From Acidimicrobiaceae bacterium (GTDB taxonomy: Bacteria > Actinomycetota > Acidimicrobiia > Acidimicrobiales > Aldehydirespiratoraceae), in the NCBI GenBank assembly GCA_026708645.1, contig JAPOUM010000032.1, positions 1,929 to 65,928 of the forward strand: a stretch of DNA of 64,000 bases, in the 5' to 3' direction. A program made the translations under genes and the position numbers. Below, one piece after another: positions 61,591 to 64,000 of this stretch. Within the stretch, counting starts at the first letter, position 1; each line of letters begins with the position of its first letter. The notes under the pieces were generated by a model that worked only from the letters and a program-made list of their open reading frames with translations, was not told the DNA's origin and ran no database searches.

Positions 61591-64000
61591 TCAGTCGTTG
61601 TCGATGATGGTCATGGTGGCTGTGCCGCGTTCGATGGTCGCGCCGGTGGGTTGGGACAGCTGGATGAGGAAGACTTCGTCGCCTTCTCGTTGGTTGTCGT
61701 CGTCTAGGAAGGTGAACCCGCTTTTGGTTGTTTCGCCGGGCTGGAACACCATCGTGCCCGACATGCGCCAGAACTCGCCAGTCAAAGCAGTGCGGCCCGC
61801 GCCGCCCCAGCGAGCGGCCCAACGCACTGTGACTCTGTGAGGCGCCGCCTGTGACAAGGTCACAGTGAAATCGGCTTGGTCGCCTTCGTCGCCGGAACCG
61901 TCATTCACCGATATCAGCACAGTTGTGGTGTCGTCATTGTCAGACACGGCCACCGTCGCCGACGACGCCAAGCCCAGATCGTAGGCGGCGCCGTCGACGA
62001 GCGTCGCAGTGATTGTGCCGTTTGCTTCGTCGGTGCTGTCATCAGTGGTGGCGAGCGTCAAGGTGGCTGTGCCCGAGGTGGGGATGGTGACGGTGCGGGT
62101 GCCTGCGGTGACGCCGTAGCTGCCGGAGGTCGCGATGGTGACGGTCACGTCGAGGCTGGCGTGCGGCACCGGATCGGCAACCAGTGTGAATACGGCGTTG
62201 CCGCCTTCGGTGACGTCGCCTGCTGAGGTGATGCTGACCGCAGGCGTTTCGTTGTCGGCAATGTTGACGGTGGCTGTGGTGGTGGTGTCGAGGTCGTAGG
62301 CGGCGCCGTCGACGAGCGTCGCGGTGATTGTGCCGTTTGCTTCGTCGGTGTTGTCGTTGGTGGTGGCGAGTGTGAGTGTGGCTGTGCCCGAGGTGGGGAT
62401 GGTGACGGTGCGGGTGCCTGCGGTGATGCCGTAGCTGCCGGTGGTTGTGATGGTGACGGTCACGTCGAACTGCGCCGACGGTGCCGGTGTGGCTGTGAGC
62501 GTGAATACGGCGTTGGCGCCTTCGGTGATGTTGCCGCCTGCTGCGATGCTCACTACCGGTGTAGCGGGGGTCGGGTTGTCGTTGTCGGCGATGTTGATGG
62601 TGGCTGTGGTGGTTGTGTCGAGGTCGTAGGCGCTGCCGTCGACGAGCGTCGCGGTCACGGATCCGTTCGGTTCGTCGGTGTTGTCGTTGGTGGTGGCGAG
62701 CGTGAGGGTGGCTGTGCCGCTAGTGGGGATGGTGACGGTGCGGGTGCCTGTTGTGATGCCGTAGCTGCCGGTGGTTGTGATGGTGACGGTCACGTCGAAC
62801 TGCGCCGACGGTGCCGGTGTGGCTGTGAGCGTGAATACGGCGTTGGCGCCTTCGGTGATGTTGCCGCCTGCTGCGATGCTCACTACCGGTGTAGCGGGGG
62901 TCGGGTTGTCGTTGTCGGCGATGTTGATGGTGGCTGTGGTGGTTGTGTCGAGGTCGTAGGCGCTGCCGTCGACGAGCGTCGCGGTCACGGATCCGTTCGG
63001 TTCGTCGGTGTTGTCGTTGGTGGTGGCGAGTGTGAGGGTGGCTGTGCCGCCTGTGGGGATGGTGACGGTGCGGGTGCCTGTTGTGACGCCGTAGCTGCCG
63101 GTGGTTGTGATGGTGACTGTCACGTTGAACTGCGCGGCGGGCGCCGGCGTGGCTGTGAGCGTGAATACGGCGTTGCCGCCTTCGGTGATGTCGCCTGCTG
63201 CTGCGATGCTCACTACCGGTGTCGGAGGCGGTGTCGGCGGGGGTGTGGTGGTGCCTGCTTCTATTGTTTGCAGTGCGGTGACTATCGGGTCCCAGCGGGT
63301 CCAGCCTTTGGCTGCGTAGGTTTGTGCTTCAGCAGCGGTCATCGCTGTGCCGGTGAAACCGGGCACTGTTTCACCGAACGCGAGCAGCACCCGCTTCCAA
63401 CGGTTCACGTGATCGTCGCCGTTTTGGGTTTCCGCGGCGTAGCCGCGCACATCGGATATCAACTGCGCCGAAACCACCGGCGGCGGGTTGTCGTCGTCGG
63501 CGATGTTGACGGTGGCTGTAGCGGTGGAAGCTACGTCATAAGCAGCGCCGTCGACGAGCGTCGCGGTGACTGTGCCGTTCGCTTCGTCGCTGTTGTCATC
63601 AGTGGTAGCGAGAGTCAAAGTGGCCGTGCCGCCTGTGGGGATGGTGACGGTGCGCGAACCGGCGGTGACGCCGTAGTCGCCGGTGGCAGCGACAGTGACA
63701 GTCACGTCGAGCTGCGTCGCAGGCGGCGGGGCGGCTGTGAGCGTGAACACTGCTGAGCCGCCTTCGGTGACGTCACCGCCAGCGGCGATGCTCACCACCG
63801 GCGTCGCGCATTGTGCTGTCTCTTGTTCGAGACGCTCAAGCTCTTGACGGATCGGCGTCCAACCGTCCCACACCTGCTCACCGTTTCTTGCTTCCGCGGC
63901 TGTGAACGGCTCAAGCGTGCCGGACGTCTCAGCACCGAACGCGATCAGCACCCGCAACCAGTTCTGGTTGTAACCCGGCTTGGGCCTGTTCAAATCGTGA
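61591..64000 (-). CDS. giant Calx-beta repeat protein, C-terminal part (N-terminus outside the window)
   Basis: The ORF is open to the window edge. Six Calx-beta-like units of about 110 aa (VSIAAGG.ITEG..AVFTLTA...TATLVDG.AYD) and two copies of an unassigned module of about 55 aa. Confidence 0.85.
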   Translation of the reverse strand, partial: HDLNRPKPGYNQNWLRVLIAFGAETSGTLEPFTAAEARNGEQVWDGWTPIRQELERLEQETAQCATPVVSIAAGGDVTEGGSAVFTLTAAPPPATQLDVTVTVAATGDYGVTAGSRTVTIPTGGTATLTLATTDDNSDEANGTVTATLVDGAAYDVASTATATVNIADDDNPPPVVSAQLISDVRGYAAETQNGDDHVNRWKRVLLAFGETVPGFTGTAMTAAEAQTYAAKGWTRWDPIVTALQTIEAGTTTPPPTPPPTPVVSIAAAGDITEGGNAVFTLTATPAPAAQFNVTVTITTTGSYGVTTGTRTVTIPTGGTATLTLATTNDNTDEPNGSVTATLVDGSAYDLDTTTTATINIADNDNPTPATPVVSIAAGGNITEGANAVFTLTATPAPSAQFDVTVTITTTGSYGITTGTRTVTIPTSGTATLTLATTNDNTDEPNGSVTATLVDGSAYDLDTTTTATINIADNDNPTPATPVVSIAAGGNITEGANAVFTLTATPAPSAQFDVTVTITTTGSYGITAGTRTVTIPTSGTATLTLATTNDNTDEANGTITATLVDGAAYDLDTTTTATVNIADNETPAVSITSAGDVTEGGNAVFTLVADPVPHASLDVTVTIATSGSYGVTAGTRTVTIPTSGTATLTLATTDDSTDEANGTITATLVDGAAYDLGLASSATVAVSDNDDTTTVLISVNDGSGDEGDQADFTVTLSQAAPHRVTVRWAARWGGAGRTALTGEFWRMSGTMVFQPGETTKSGFTFLDDDNQREGDEVFLIQLSQPTGATIERGTATMTIIDND
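61930..63230. repeat. 330-bp tandem coding repeats (four units); 62424-62700 is identical to 62754-63030
   Basis: Line-by-line comparison. The ORF track shows identical spurious ORFs at 62441 and 62771. Confidence 0.85.

Overview
This is a high-GC chromosomal segment (GC judged by eye, not computed) that looks like it comes from a monoderm Actinomycetota genome, possibly Acidimicrobiia-like. The pointers are a CIRCE-groEL pair, HemQ/ChdC, a PAC2 proteasome-accessory gene, an Rv3654c-3660c-style Tad locus, and many leaderless-looking starts. I could support about 65 CDS and found no rRNA, tRNA, CRISPR array, transposase or integrase. Left to right the window holds the following. (1) A minus-strand Tad/Flp-type pilus operon (640-7188), preceded by a 705-aa repeat-rich secreted protein and a Cys-rich lipoprotein. 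(2) hpnCDE squalene-synthesis genes. (3) Housekeeping genes: a LytR_C protein, glycerate kinase, a MoaD/ThiS-like protein, groEL, fdhD, hemQ, gpsA and an SDR. (4) A tightly coupled minus-strand sugar or polyol operon (21832-33113) with a split transketolase, a class II aldolase/epimerase, a Zn-ADH, an FGGY kinase and an ABC importer. Its binding protein is an internally duplicated two-domain fusion. (5) PAC2, a GNAT gene and a mosaic toxin-antitoxin patch flanked by a 191-bp perfect direct repeat. (6) Acyl-CoA dehydrogenase, a PQQ-type sugar dehydrogenase, tesB and a vapBC module. (7) A GtrA / methyltransferase / polysaccharide deacetylase trio. (8) A likely cobalamin riboswitch in front of a btuFCD-like importer plus cobO-cobU-cobT-cobS. 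(9) A low-GC islet (about 50.2-51.8 kb) carrying a two-gene cassette whose first gene has an in-frame TAG. (10) Homoprotocatechuate meta-cleavage genes (hpaH, an FAH-family gene, hpaF, hpaE, gabD), interrupted by a phd-vapC-qor unit and an orphan AAA+/wHTH ATPase. (11) The 3' part of a giant Calx-beta repeat protein. All functional calls come from reading motifs in the translated ORFs. No database search was run. Many long ORFs in the supplied track are GC-driven antisense or run-on artefacts, and I trimmed or rejected them.
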